Assembly (NCBI RefSeq): GCF_964355755.1
Contig: NC_092676.1
Span: forward strand, 11,571,888 to 11,635,887
Reading direction: 5' to 3'
Length of the DNA: 64,000 nucleotides
DNA from: Antedon mediterranea
Taxonomy: Eukaryota; Animalia; Echinodermata
Part shown: in pieces, positions 38,932-52,692 of the stretch
How positions within the stretch are numbered: position 1 is the stretch's first letter
Layout of the letters: each line of letters begins with the position of its first letter
Program-made: the position numbers and the translations under genes
The notes under the pieces: model-generated
What the model was told of the DNA's origin: nothing
Databases searched by the model: none
What the model saw: the letters and a program-made list of their open reading frames with translations, nothing else

Positions 38932-39244
38932 AAAGACAACAACACGATTATTACGAGGACGATGAAGAACATGATATGTTTATGTGTACTAATGATGATA
39001 GATTACATAGAGATAAGTTTAGAATTGTATTAAATGTAAATGGTAGTGAGTTACAAATGTACATAGATACACAAGCTGATGACACAATAATGAGTATCGA
39101 TACTTTACAATAAGTATTTTAGTAATATTCCAATCACTAATGATGATATCATACCACTCAAAACTTATAGTGGTGAGAGATTAAAGATACTTGGTAAAGT
39201 AAAGTGTAATGTTATTGATTGTGATGGTAATGCACACAACTTAA
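38932..39244 (+). pseudogene. Gypsy aspartic protease, N-terminal part
   Basis: LNVNGSELQMYIDTQADDTIMS, then after a frameshift LKTYSGERLKILGKV. Continues after 43032 as PTLLGLDWL. Confidence 0.75.
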
Positions 39245-42200
39245 GAGCCATTGTCTGTAAAAATCAAAGATTTGGTGGCAGATGTAAAAAAATGGATTTC
39301 TCTCAAATTTTTACCATGAATAGACATTTCAATAAAAAGCATATCTACAACATTTATTTTAATTTTTAGCCTCCGTTGCCATGACAACGGTCAATTATCA
39401 AAATGTTGATGTTTTTGCCATTTTTCACAGATTTTCTATAGTGAAAAAGTACAAACTTGTATACTTATTTTAACCAAAAATACTTACAGTATACAGTTTT
39501 TGTTTATAGCAGTGTAAACAACGTGTATTGAGTTCAATTTAATGTAGAAAAAAAATAAATTACAAAATGGAGTTTGGTTGATACCATTATTTTAAAAAGG
39601 GGTGTTTTTAAAAAATATTTTTTTTATAAAAGTATACCTCATAAACGTACCTATAACTTCCAAAGTGGTCTTTTTAAATCAATGAGGTTTTTTAATTTGA
39701 TAGGCAATAGATTTGTCAACAATAATCACGAAAAAAACACTGGGGCAAATTTCGTACATAGGTTTTGTGTTGCCAGGAAAATCCGAAAAATACAAAAAAT
39801 ATAACAAAATATCAACAAACAAAACACATGAAACACAATTTAAATATGGCTAATCTAATAATAAAATGTATATATGGCTTGTCATAATGCTACTAGAGTC
39901 ATACGAATAGTTTAGATAAAAATATAGGAGAATGTGTTGCCAGGTTTATTTCAATTAATTGCCAGAAAAACAGTATTTTGCATTGAAATATTTAGTTGAT
40001 GGAAAATAATGTTAAACTTGGAAATAATTGCGTCAATGGTTTTTATAAATTTTTAAATCTATTTTGTGTAAAGAGATACAGAAAGACCTCCCAAAAAATC
40101 TGACCTTGTAAATAGGTCATTTGAGGTCAAAAGGGGTCAGAATGCAAAACAGGACAGGTCCCCACTTTACTACAACTATTAATGTTTGATCAAAATTTAC
40201 AAGATAGTTCATAACAATTCTCAACAATTTTCATATTTTACCTATAGTGTTACCTTAGCAACCATTTCTATGTGTAACTAAGGAAAGTAATTTTTTTTTA
40301 AACGTAAAAAATGGCGTTTTTATAAATACAAAGAATTGATTGCATTTGTAATTTTTCTCAATTTTACTTCTACTGCATTCCATTAATGACAAACTTGACC
40401 TTGTAAATTCATTCATTTTGAGGTCAACATTTTACCATAGTAACTGTTTCTATGTGAAAATTTCAAAAAAATAAGGGGTTTTTCATAAATACAAAACATA
40501 TTTTCTACATAGTTTTACATTTCTACTTTTTGCCAAATTTACTTTAAATACTGAATCCTAATAATCTCAGAAAGAAAGTCTTGACGAATCTGAATAAAGG
40601 TGAAAAATGACCTTTAGTGTTATCTTAAACCTGTTTACGTAACTAATGATATTAAAAAAAAAAATTAAATATGGAGTTTCCATGAAAAAAAAAATGTTAC
40701 ATATTGAGGTCAAACATAGAGATATTGTTCACTATAATATCTCTATGGGTCAAATGACATCAACATTTTACCTATAGTGTATTGTAGCAACTGTTTCTAT
40801 ACGTAACTAAGTACAATATTTTTAATATGGGGTTTCATGACTACAAACAATTGATTACAAAGCTTTACTACCTTTTCCCAAATTTACTTATCTACTGAAT
40901 CCCAGAAAATCTCTGACCTTGTGAAAGGGTCATTTGTTGGGTCAAGTTATGTCAAAATGTATTATTTATGTTATCTTAGAACCTGTCTATGCATAACTAA
41001 GGATAATTGTTTTTTTTTAAATACAGTTGAACCTCCCGTAAGTGGCCACCCTCGGGACCTGGAAAAGTGGCCGCTTATAATTGTAGGCCTATTATTATTT
41101 ATAATCAGACGTGGTTTAGTATTTTACCATTTTCAGACAAATTTTAAAAACTTTTATCATATGAAAAAGGGTCGGTCAAAATCTGTGTAGTTTTCTCATC
41201 TCTTCACAGTAATGTTTTTAAAACATCTTCAAAATAAAGCTAATATATAAAAAAATACAATAAACATGCACCTCTAATTCATAGGTCCATGCAATAAGTA
41301 TCACATTTTTCGATTGGCCGCTTACAAAAAAATCTCATTTTTTGTATAAAAAGGTGCCCGCATCTGCTTACGGTAAGCACCAAATGCACTAATTAGATAG
41401 GAAGAACAAACAGGCTTTTCAAAGGGAGGTGGCCGCTGTAAATAAAATATGGGGTTTTCATGAATAAAAATAATCACAGAAGAAAGTGCTTACGAATATG
41501 ACCTTGTGAAACGGTAATTTGAAAATGCAAATAAGGCATGCCTGCTAATAATCTACAAATTTAAATTTGTATAAGATAAATATGCAAAATCTAAAGAATA
41601 TCTCAATTTTAGTTACCATAGTAACTGTTGCTATGCATAACTAAGGGAAATTAAATACAGTAATTATCAGATAATTATTAATTAATAATTAATACTGAAT
41701 CCAACCATCACAGTAAAAAAATATAGAATTTAAAACCAATATTTAATAATAAAGTGTGATATTTTACATGCTGACCTTAAATGAAATGAAATTTCAAATC
41801 AGGGCTTCAATATTTGTTAAATGTAACATACCATGAGTATATCATTGACTTTTGATTGGTTCTATTTTGGGGAGGGGAAAGTGGTGGATGCAGGACTTTT
41901 AAATAGTTAGGGGGTTGAAGGCGAGGGTCTAAAAACTTAACTTTATGTCCTATCTTTTGCATTGCAATTTTTAACTTGGGGTGGGTGGGGGCTTGGAGAA
42001 AGGGGAGGGGGTGGGATGGAGGAGTTTGAATCCGTCTATTCATTGAGGCGATAGTAGCGGCAGTGTGGGTGGTGCTTGAATGCATGCATTTGACACTCTA
42101 TAGTGGATGATCGACCAAAGTGTTGCAGTTAATCTTTTTGTGGTTATAGTCGGGGTGGGGAGACGGAGGGAGGGTGGTAGTCGAAAGTGGTGGTGGATGG

Positions 42201-43028
42201 GCATGTGGGATCTGCTTAGGTTAGTAAATAAAAGAAGTAAACAAATGAAAGGGGAGCTTCAAAATAAGAGAGGAGTAATCTGTTACAAAGATTAAAATTC
42301 ACAACGATCTGATAATTTATTCAAATTTCCAGAGGATATAACCTATAAAATGACATTAAAACTGGGAATTACAGAATCTATAATTAAAAATTTTTTTTTT
42401 TCTCACAACACAACTAGAAGTATATAAAACATTAAGAATTTTTCTGACCAATGAGTTTCAAATCAAATAATCAAATATGCCTATGTTTCTCGCAACACTG
42501 CTTGTAGATTTTAAATTTACCCCAGTATTTTATTTTAGAAATCAATTATTAAACATTAGAACTACCTATTTGTAATAAATAAGCTAAAAAAATACACCAC
42601 TTTGGGCGTTATGGTGAAGTAAAGTTTAGTTGCATTGAACAATTTAAAAAAAGTGAAAAACACCCCTTTTTAAATAAATGGTATCTCCCAAAGTATGAAA
42701 TAAAAAAAAAATTAAAAAATTTGAAACAGGTACACAATGCATTGTTATTATGCATACACTAATTATTTTTTATAATTAAATGAACAAAACAAAAATATCG
42801 TTCATCAAAGTAGTATCAATATCCATTTTAAAAAACCTTAAAAAAGGACAAAATTTGTCAAAAACACAAATTTGGCCGTTGCCATGGAAATATACGTGTG
42901 AAAAAAAAATACTTCATATTTGATTTCTCTCAACACATATATAGCCATGTGCAAAATTTGAAAGAAATCCATTTTTTTGAGTCTGCCACTCTTTTTGATA
43001 TTTCTTTGATTCTTACAGACAATGGCTC
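39245..43028. mobile_element. Non-autonomous Sola3-like element
   Basis: TTAA TSD (39241-39244 and 43029-43032) and termini GAGCCATTGTCTGTAA / TTACAGACAATGGCTC. Imperfect TIR extends about 400 bp. Degenerate internal TGACCTTGT..GAGGTCAA repeats. Confidence 0.8.
41024..41438. mobile_element. Tc1/pogo (Tigger-like) MITE
   Basis: TA|CAGTTGAACCTCCCGTAAGTGGCCACC ... GGTGGCCGCTG|TA, with the right TIR partly deleted and internal GGCCGCTTA repeats. Confidence 0.65.
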
Positions 43029-43032
43029 TTAA

Positions 43033-45891
43033 CTGCTAATCTGGTTGATTACAGTAATAGACCTACACTACTAGGACTAGATTGGCTTGCTGTTGTAAAG
43101 TTAAATTGGAAAGAGATCACGAAAGGGTTAAACTCTAAAACTGTAAATAGTTGTAAGCAAGACAAGAATGTAGAACAACATAACACATCTGTAAATAAGG
43201 GTAAAAATGACGTTATGAAGTTGAACGGTTTACTGAACAAATATGGTAAATTATTTGAAGATTCGTATGAGGGCATGAAACATGAACTTGCTCACATTAA
43301 TGTTAAAGGAAATGTTACCCCTGTGTATGTTAAAGCAAGATTTGTCCCCTATGCCAACAAATGTAAAGTTGAAGATGAGCTTAAGAAATTGGAGGAAAAT
43401 AGTGTTATACACAAAGTAGATAAGAGTGATTGGGCAACACCAATCGTAGTTGTTCCAAAAAGCGATGGCACAGTTAGAATCTGTGGCGATTATAGTGTAA
43501 CGATCAATAAGTTTATTGATGATGAGGTATATAGCCTTCCAAGCTCAGATGATTTATATGCAGAGTTAGCAGGAAAATGTATTTTTACTAAATTAGATTT
43601 ATCCCATGCATATGCTCAACTAAATCTAGATGATGAGAGTAAAAAATATGTTACAATTAACACCCATGGTCTTTACTCATACAACGAACTACCATACGGT
43701 GTAAAACCATCCTCAAAAATATTCCATGGTAAAATGGATAAGATTTTGAATGGTATTAATAATGTATTATGTAATCAGGACGATGTGCTGATTAGTACAA
43801 AGACAGTCAAGGAAAACTTGGCAATAATCGAAGAAGTTTTTCGACGATTTGACCACTATAATGTTCGTTTGAAGAGAGCAAAATGCAAATTCCTAGAAGA
43901 TGAAGTAATATATCTTGGACTTAGAGTTGACAAACATGGAATCGCACCGATTGACGACAAAGTTAAACCAATCAAAGATGCAGCGAGACCAGAAACTGTT
44001 ACACAGCTTCGATCATTTCTTGGCATGGTGCAATTTTATTCAAAAATTCATGCCAAATCTGTCTACGCGCATACAACAACCGTTGAACATGCTGCTTCGT
44101 GACGATGTCGAGTGGCAATGGAAAAATGAACAAGAACAAGCTTTTAAATGGTGCAAAGAAAGCCTAAGCAGCGAATCATGTCTGACACACTACGATACCA
44201 AGCAAAAAATAATTCTTGAATGCGATGCTAGTCAGTATGGAATCGGATCGGTAATAATGCATCAGATGGATGATGGATCGAGGTTACCCATACACTACGC
44301 TTCAAGAAAATTAACCAAAAGTGAAATAAATTACAGCATGATAGAAAAAGAGGCACTTGCCATCATCTACGGCATCAAACGATTTTACAAATATCTTATG
44401 GGTAGAAAGTTTACCATCAAGACGGACCATAAACCACTTCTGAAAATCTTTGGTCCAACTACTGAAGTCCCAGTAATGGCTGCAGGACGTATCCAAAGAT
44501 GGGCTCTTCTGTTAAACCAATACGATTATGATATACAGTATATTTCGTCAAACGAGAACGCGGTTGCAGATGCTTTATCACGACTACCAATAAAGAGCGA
44601 TAAATGTGACCTAGAGCAAAGCATATTTAACGTTACCGCGATTGAAGACGATTTTCCGATAACAGCAAAAGACATTGAGAAAGAAACACTAAGAGACAAT
44701 ATATTATGTAAAGTACTTAACTATGTAAAACATGGATGGCCAAACGTTGACAATTTTGATGATGATATAAAACCATATGTAAACAGACAACTTGAGCTAT
44801 CGTGTGAAGGCAATTGCTTACTTTGGGGCTCCAGGGTCATAATCCCTTCTAAACTACGTTCTAAAGTGCTTGATGAAATGCATTGGGAGCATCCCGGAAT
44901 ATGTGCGATGAAAGCCATTGCCAGATCATACGTATGGTGGCCCAAGTTGGACTGTGATATTGAAGTAGTAGTTAAGAGATGTAATACTTGTCAGAGTATG
45001 AGAAATGTTCCACCTAGCACCCCCTTAATAACTTGGAAATGGCCCAGTAGACCGTTTTAGAGAGTACATATAGATTTTGCAGAAAAGAACGGCGAAAATT
45101 TTTTGATTTTGATAGACAGTCATTCTAAATGGATTGACGTTAAGTACATGAGAAGCACTACCAGTGCTAATACGATCGATGAGTTAAGATTAATTTTTGC
45201 CAAACATGGTATTCCTGAGGAATTGGTGTCCGATTCAGGTCCACAATTAATTTCTGATGAGTTTGAAAGATTTTGCAAACTTAATGGTATCAAACACACG
45301 CTAATTCCCATTTATCACCCAGCTAGCAATGGTGCAACTGAAAGGGCAGTACAGGTTGTCAAAAGTGCATTAACTAAACAGGTACTAGATGGCAAAAAGT
45401 ACACTATGAAACATAGATTAGCTAATTTCCTATTAAGGTATAGGACGACTCCACACTCCACTACAGGACTTACTCCTGCTGAGTTATTAATGAAACGTAA
45501 GTTACGTACACGACTATCTTTAGTTAGTCCAAACATGGCTCAAAGGGTCGAAGAAAAACAAGAGTCACAGAAAGTGCAAAGAGATAGTCATGTTAATCAA
45601 GAAAGACAATATCATATCGATGATAATGTTTTAATTAAGAACATGCGACCCAAATCCAAAGAAGATAAATGGTTGAAGGGAGTCGTAACCCAATGTTTAG
45701 GACCTAGAAAGTATAAAATCCATACTTCACACGGTGTCAAAGTAATGCACCCTGATCATATGATTGTTGATACAGGTAGTACACAATCTACTCAAAATGT
45801 TGAGAGGAGTGATGTGAATGTATTTAAAAGTCCTAATACTAAACCACACAGAATTAAGAAACCAAGAAGCAGGTTGATCGAAGAAGCATAA
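43033..45891 (+). pseudogene. Gypsy pol (end of PR, RT, RNase H, integrase) with frameshift near 44050 and stop at 45058
   Basis: WATPIVVVPK, RICGDY, KLDLSHAY and NQDD (RT); CDASQYGIG, EKEALA and TDHKPL (RH); HPG..CNTC, HIDFA, VSDSGPQ and SNGATER (IN). Confidence 0.93.
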
Positions 45892-45936
45892 TTTTATTAG
45901 AAGTTCAAATTAAAAATGTTGGTTATTGGAGCTGTT

Positions 45937-46188
45937 GGAGTGGAGCTGTGGCTTGGTGGTTATGATGCTTGGCTACAAATCTAAGGGTCCTGGTCCTGTC
46001 ATATGTCAGGGTTTTTTCTCATGACAATTTACAACTCCACTCCCAAAGACTTAATAATAAGTCTTTGTTTATGTAGAGCATCTTGTGTATATGTTTGTCT
46101 TGTGAAATTATTAAATAGTTTATCCATCCTGTAATTGGCGGGTTACTCGCTGTTGGATGAGTATGAAATAAAATAAAATAAAATAAAA
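45937..46188 (+). mobile_element. tRNA-derived SINE in the Gypsy 3' UTR
   Basis: A-box-like TGGCTTGGTGG, degenerate B box and (AAAAT)n tail. The 5' GGAGTGGAGCTGT pairs with ACAACTCCACTCC. Confidence 0.6.
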
Positions 46189-46488
46189 TTGTTCGAAGTG
46201 TTTAACAAAGAAAGTGTTTGATTGTAAGTTTTATTTTAGTTTTTAGACATATGCACTGTACGGTACTTTAGTTACAAAACATCACAATAGTATGTAGTCA
46301 TAGAAGATGCTACTTATATAAGAATACGAGAGGCATATGATTGTTATCGTTAGAATTTATAGTAGAGTTTTATAATTTTTTGAAGTTTTGGTTTCGTTTT
46401 TTTTAAACAATTTAGTCTTTAATCATTAATCTGACATAACTCGTAAAATAATATACACTGTCTGTCATACTTAACTTATAGAAGGAAG

Positions 46489-46630
46489 TGATGTGATATA
46501 TCGAAATAACGGCTGTAACATAAAGTCTAGTAATAAAGCACATTCATCATGGCGCATAACCACGAGTGTCCGTGTGATTGATTCTGCACGATAAAAACCG
46601 TTGTCTTTATCATAACCCACAAACATAACA
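46489..46630 (+). repeat. Short 3' LTR of the Gypsy element
   Basis: Follows the purine tract, starts TG, ends CA and contains AATAAA. No second LTR is present to confirm the boundaries. Confidence 0.55.
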
Positions 46631-46803
46631 TCTGTGTCCGTGTTTTCCTGTGTAAAAACAAAAAACAAAAGTAAAACACAATGAAATCGATAATCCCGTA
46701 TTACATTGTCGTGTCTCTTTGTTCCCCTATCAATGGCACTATGGGCGTTCCATAGATATGTCACCAACTGATACCCATTTGAAAAAAGTCTATACAAACG
46801 TAC

Positions 46804-46968
46804 CTGTGTCAGCCTCATAATTGCCAGTCCTCGTTTTTGAGGAGGCAATATACTGGCTGCTCAAACTAGCTTGGTCATTGGTGGAGTTTGTATAAATGCC
46901 AATTGCGGTTTGCTGTAGCACGTCGCTGAGAGTGAGGCATACATATTGTATTTGGCTTGAGGTATTGC
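46804..46968 (-). CDS. Candidate internal exon of an unidentified cellular gene
   Basis: TTCTTTAACAG| 165 nt |GTACGT, open only in phase 1/1: NTSSQIQYVCLTLSDVLQQTAIGIYTNSTNDQASLSSQYIASSKTRTGNYEADT. Confidence 0.4.
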
Positions 46969-47209
46969 CTGTTAAAGAATAGCACGGCCTATTCCATTTT
47001 ACTGTGAGTAATTGCGGTCAAATTTATAATAAATATTGAAAAACTGCAGGTATATACAAATGATTTCTTGATTGCTGCCCTCTATATATTTTATTCCATG
47101 GATTTTTAACTGTATTCAAAGATACTATTTGCTGTATTTAAACCTACGGTAAAGTTTTTTTTTTTTTCTCTTTCGTGTTTTCTTTCACATTTCTACGGTG
47201 GCCTATAAG

Positions 47210-47465
47210 TGTCACGGCAACTTTAAAAATATATCACGGCAATTTTCAAAAAAAGCCACGGCAATTTGAAAAAAGCCACGGCAATTTGAAAAAAGTCACG
47301 GCAAATTAAAAATAAAACATCACGGCAAATTAGAAATAAAACATCACGGCAATTTAACAAAATACCACGGCAACTTAAAAATGAAACACCACGGCAAATT
47401 AGTATTGAAACGCCACGGCAAATTAGTAATGAAACACCACGGCAAATTACAGAAGCCACGGCGGA
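47210..47465 (+). repeat. Subterminal array of ~12 CACGGC(AA) motifs, 20-24 bp apart
   Basis: Directly visible immediately inside the TACGG terminus. Confidence 0.85.
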
Positions 47466-47490
47466 AATGAGCTCGTATTATCTCCCGCAA

Positions 47491-48950
47491 GCGATTTTTT
47501 TTCCGTACGAGAGTTCTTCCATCGGTTCGTTTCGGACTCAATCGACTCTCTTCGGTATTCGGTAAAGTCAGCTCACTGATGCGTGACAACATAATACAAT
47601 TTACATTTACAAACCGCGAGCTTACTTTCACACAGGCTCTCACAATAGTAAAATAAATCTACACTAATACGAGTTTTGATTTGATGACATTAATTAATAA
47701 ATACTAGGCCTACTTAGTAATTACATTAAGAACCCAATAGCATATTGAAGATATTTAGGTCTACGACCCAATAGTAGGGTATCAGATATTATTTTTTGAA
47801 GTTGAACGACCTTTTGTCACGAACAAGAGGCTCTTTTCTTATCGTTTATGGTATTGTAGCTAGCCCATGGCTAGCCTAGCTTGTGTAAGCCTATGCAAGG
47901 TATTACTTTTGAATTTAAAATGATTATGTACAGTAGGAATTCCTATGCACAGTGTATGTTTTTTATACCTTTTAAAATAATATTATTAAATTAATATTTA
48001 TATTGTAAGGTAATGGAAATTTGACGTTAAAGGTGTACGTATTAATTATCCCCAATCTTGAAAAAAAGATTTCAGACTTTTAATAATAGGCAACTTTGAA
48101 GTTTTAATTAAGTTATAGGCCTACAACTAATATTATTGTTTATTATGTGTATATGTAATTTGGAAAATCATAAAAAATACATGCAAAGTAAAAAACATTC
48201 AATTACGGTACTGACACGACTGCAATAGTACAAATACATTTAATAATAACACATTTTCCAGGAAGCTTATAATTATATGTGATACTATCATCAATTATTA
48301 AATTAACACAATATTAAACGCTTTATAAGCAAGCATGTATTTCTATACATTACAACTTACAAGAATACATGTTACTAATACTAGGCCTAAATGTATACAA
48401 TTTTTCAAATGTTACACTTAAAAACCTGAAGAAAATTGTAATTTTCTTGATAAAAACATCTGTTAGTGTTACTTCTGTACATATAATTTCTAACCTACTA
48501 CTTCATTTTATTAAAATAAAAAATAGTACTGTAGATGGAATGTACTACATTGAAGCACACGTACGTAGGGCAAGGCTAGCTAGGCTGGCCTTGCTTGTGA
48601 CGACCAACAAAGTGCTGCTACTGTGTGTGTGTTACTGTTTGTGAATCTGATGGTGGTACATACATTGGTTTGTGGCTGCCTATACAGTATTATATTATTA
48701 AAATTCTAGGACTATTATTATTATTACAATGACGTTCAGTACTACTATTAATATTTATTATTATATTTACAGTGAGTATAGTATTAGGCCTCTAGTATAG
48801 TATGTATAAATTTGTCACTCGTGCAAAGAAAGAAGCTGCTCACGTTTTGTGGTTGCTGTCACGCATCAGTGAGCATCGGTGGCTTACCGAAGAGTCGATT
48901 GAGTCCGAAACGAACCGATGGAGGAACTCTCGTACTGAAAAAAAAATCGC
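47491..48950. mobile_element. Non-autonomous MULE/Mutator-like element
   Basis: 9-bp TSD CTCCCGCAA (47482-47490 and 48951-48959) and ~100-bp TIR GCGATTTTTTT..GTACGAGAGTTC..GGACTCAATCGACTCT..GCTCACTGATGCGTGACA. Confidence 0.85.
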
Positions 48951-51379
48951 CTCCCGCAATGCAAATATAGGGAAGTTAACTGGCAAAGCAAAACTATGGA
49001 GGGCGTCGAAGCAGCGAAGCGTGTTAATTGAAAGTTTTCACACAAAACGTTTTGGACACGCGACGCTGAAAGACGATTCCATACATATAAAAGACGTAAA
49101 ATAAGTTTAAAAAAACTCCTCAATGATATAAAACATTAAACCTTTTTTATTTTTAAACTTATTTTCTTAAAACATATGTATATTTCAAAAATATTTATAT
49201 GATATTTTAAATACTATAACATGTCAAACATTGCTATGCAAAACAGTAAATGAACATTCTCGCTTCAAAAATTTCGGAAGTAAAATGAGTCATCTAAAAT
49301 GTTAAATTACTATTAATTCGAAGTTTTTCAAACTATGCAGAGTGGTATATCATCTTGTTTAACTATTATTGCATCTAATTTTAATTAACACGAGAGAGAA
49401 ACAATTATTTCAAGGGAGTATAATTTGATTGAATTTAGGCTATTTGACACAGCAGAATAGACATGCATGTGTTAAAGCATAAGCGCGTTTAGGCCATTAT
49501 TAGGCGCGCGCGCGCTGGCGGCTAGGCCTTCTTACAATACTATAGATACAGTACTGTACAATATCATCATAATAAATACTGTACTTTATTAATTAAATTG
49601 CCTGGCTGTGCGTCTCAATAAGGAAATTATGCAAGATAGTAATTTATGTATGTTTATTATATAAACATACACTATATTATTTCTATTATTATTTCATTTT
49701 TTATCTGTAATGTTTAATATTAAAGGCAAGACCTAGATGTACCCATAGAAAAATATACCTCAAATATTTGTATGTATTCACATTTTTAAATAATAAATAA
49801 TAAATTGTAAATACTGTACAGTAATAAATGTTTTCAATTTTATAGGTTTATAGTAGGCATTAAAAAGTTTCATTTATTATAAAAATAAATGTAGATTTTG
49901 TTTATTTCAGAATGGACAACCATATACAAAATCTATTTCAGTATGCAGAACATGTGGCTAAAAATCATGTGACTAGATCAAATATACAATTGCCTCCTTT
50001 TATATACTCTTATAATAAATATATTTAATAATTATTAATAGATTAATATTGTTAATACTGTAGATATTAAAATTCATTACTAAAAACAATGACAATATTT
50101 ATCGATAGTAATCTTGATTAGGCCTAACTATTTTTCTCATCACAAATTAAAATCATATTAGAGATACATCGTATTCGTAACAATTACAATATATTTTATA
50201 TTATAACATGATATAATCTTCTGGAGCCGTCAACTACAGTTAAATATCGCGTCTATTCCATTCACCATTTGACAGTGCTTTTTCAACAGCTGGAAAATTA
50301 GTCGACTGTACCATATTTTCTGATCATTCGGAAAAATTGCCTCATGCAAAAAATACACATTTCATCTGACTCCAGACATACCTTTAAAAAAATATAATAA
50401 AAAATAAAACCAGTGTTATGTGTAATTTATTGGTAATAAAATTGCAATTAATACATATTAATTGTATGCATAATTATAAAATAAAAATACTGTACAATGT
50501 TTAAAATAAAATGTTGCCTGTTACCAAAATGGAATAACCCAAACCTAGCGTTACTTATACAACAAGTGGATTATACTATTATTAAAGACTGGGAGGTCAG
50601 TGTAATGATATTAGGAGCTGAAATAATTTTAACGATATAAAAACAATATTAACATTAATGAACTATAAAGATATACTGTAAAACATTAGTTCTTAAACAA
50701 TTTAAGCTATAACAAACAATACATTATGAAAATGTGTATAATTCGGACCACATTCCACAAAAATACCTAACGATATGCCTCGCACATGGGTGGATATATC
50801 CCCAAACTCCAGTCTCTTTTAAAACTTGTATGTAGGCCTAGGCCTTCAAATCTAGGCCTAGTCGGTATGTTTAAGATATGTGATGAGAATTACCTGGCAT
50901 GGTAGCATTTAAAATACTTGAGTGTGTTTGGTTGATCGCTAACATACTCAATAACAACTGTATTTTAGAGAGAAAATAGTGAAAATTCCTCGTTTTTTGT
51001 TCCATCACAACTCCACACCGTCAATTGTTTCTCTAAAACCTTTAAACCACGTGACTAGTTCAATTAATCATGAATATGTATGAGAATACCTGACCTCACA
51101 AAAAACTTCCGAATTTTTTAAAGAAAAGTTTGAAAATTGTACGATTTTTGGTTTAAAATTTGAGTAAAATTGAGACAAAAAGTAAGATAGATAACAGGTA
51201 TATTCCGCTTTGTTTTTTCTTCGTGTTTTTAGATATTTTGATTAAAAAAGTATAAATGAAAATAAATAAATTGTTTTAAGGTCAAATATTTATGGAAAGG
51301 CTATGAAAAATGCTAGGCCATTTGTTGATCCAAATTCAATCAACCGTTACGCAAAATAAACAAGTGCGCGTGGTTTTTA

Positions 51380-51485
51380 AACGGCGCGTTAATGCGCATG
51401 CGTCAAGTCGCGAAATTCTCTACGAAACATACGTCACGGCGGAAGTAAAACCCCTGGAATCTTCGATTTTTTTCTGAGGTAAGTA
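51380..51485 (+). promoter_or_regulatory. Likely promoter and non-coding first exon of the HECT gene
   Basis: CpG-rich patch with NRF1-like TGCGCATGCG, ETS CGGAAGT and donor GAG|GTAAGT, followed by a TAGGCCTA-rich intron. Confidence 0.45.
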
Positions 51486-51744
51486 ATTATTTGTATATTG
51501 ATGTAAAATAATATTAATTTACAGTACGCACGTGTTTATTGCACTCTTCTTGAACTCTCTATGCGGGGCTAGACCCTACTAGCCTAGGCCTTATTACCAG
51601 GTAGGTCTAGACCCTACATTCTACAATGTTTTAATAATATTTACAGTAATCTGTTTTTTATATTAACAATTAAGTTTTTTTTACAGTAGGCCTAGGGCCT
51701 AGGCTAGCTACTGCTACAATCCTACAGGCATTATTATGCCTAGT

Positions 51745-52085
51745 AAAACTAGTAGGCCTAGCTAGGCATAGCGAATTTACTCGCGCCACTGATCGTCGGC
51801 TAGGTCATATAGGCTAGACTTAACTATTAGCAGCCGCAGCTAGGTGGGTATAGGCCTAGATTTTATTGTAGTTGTATAGGCCTACCTATATTATTATAAA
51901 ACTATCTGTCCTATAAAACTAGTAGTAGGCCTAGCTAGGCATAGCGAATTTACTCACGCCACTGATCGTCGGCTAGGGCATATAGGCGGTGAACCATATA
52001 GGCTAGACCTAGCTATTAGCAGCCGCAGCTAGGCCTAGATTTTATTGTAGTTGTATAGGCCTATTATTATAAAACTATCTATCCT
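51745..52085 (+). repeat. ~170-bp tandem duplication
   Basis: AAAACTAGTAG..GGCATAGCGAATTTACTC..CCACTGATCGTCGGCTAGG occurs at ~51745 and ~51915. Confidence 0.8.
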
Positions 52086-52692
52086 ATAATAATTATAGGA
52101 TAGTAGATAGTTTTGGAATTGATACTTGGTATATTTACGATTAGCCTTGAATTATAGTTATTTTATGACAAATATTATATAGTATTATTTTTTTTATAGT
52201 GCAAATTAATGTTATGTATAAATATTAAAGTTGACATTGAGCTTGCATACAGTCGGTAGGCTTATGTGTTTTCTAGGCCAGCACGGAAAGTAACTCTTTC
52301 TCTCTCACTTGTTTCATTTAATTACGATTGTTTGACTATATTTTATACATGATATTTGTGCTTAAATTCCTTTTAGAACAAGTAGACCAAAATGGCTGAA
52401 CGTGATGGAGGAGGCCGTGAAAAGGATATAGATATTGTGTAAGTTTACTTATAGAGTACAGTATAAATAAATTGCCCTTGCAAATCTACCTGTACTGTAA
52501 GTAGTAACAATCGTATGAGGGTTTGTGTGTTTGATGTCCATCACCACACCACACCAACTTTAACAGTACATGCGTTATTCTATTTTCCAGATACTGTAGT
52601 GAGTGTGGAGCAAAGGTTCTAGTGATATCTAAATTCTGTTGGTCATGTAATAGTAGAGAGGCCAAATACACAAAAGTCCTCTATAAAAAGTT

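Larger units (their letters stand above)
38932..46630 (+). mobile_element. Ty3/Gypsy LTR retrotransposon, 5' LTR and gag missing
   Basis: Domain order PR-RT-RH-IN, then purine tract AGAAGGAAG and a TG...CA segment. Confidence 0.88.

Noticed and set aside
45937-46050. tRNA gene
   Set aside because: The B box/T-loop is degenerate and it continues into a body with an (AAAAT)n tail, so a SINE is the better call.
47210-47465. CRISPR-like repeat/spacer pattern
   Set aside because: The repeat core is only ~8 bp, spacers are short, A-rich and mutually similar, no cas genes are present, and it lies at a transposon terminus in eukaryotic DNA.
48960-51380. Possible further DNA element between the MULE and the HECT promoter
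   Set aside because: It has transposon-like subterminal texture and some splice-like sites, but no matching TIR pair or TSD could be found.
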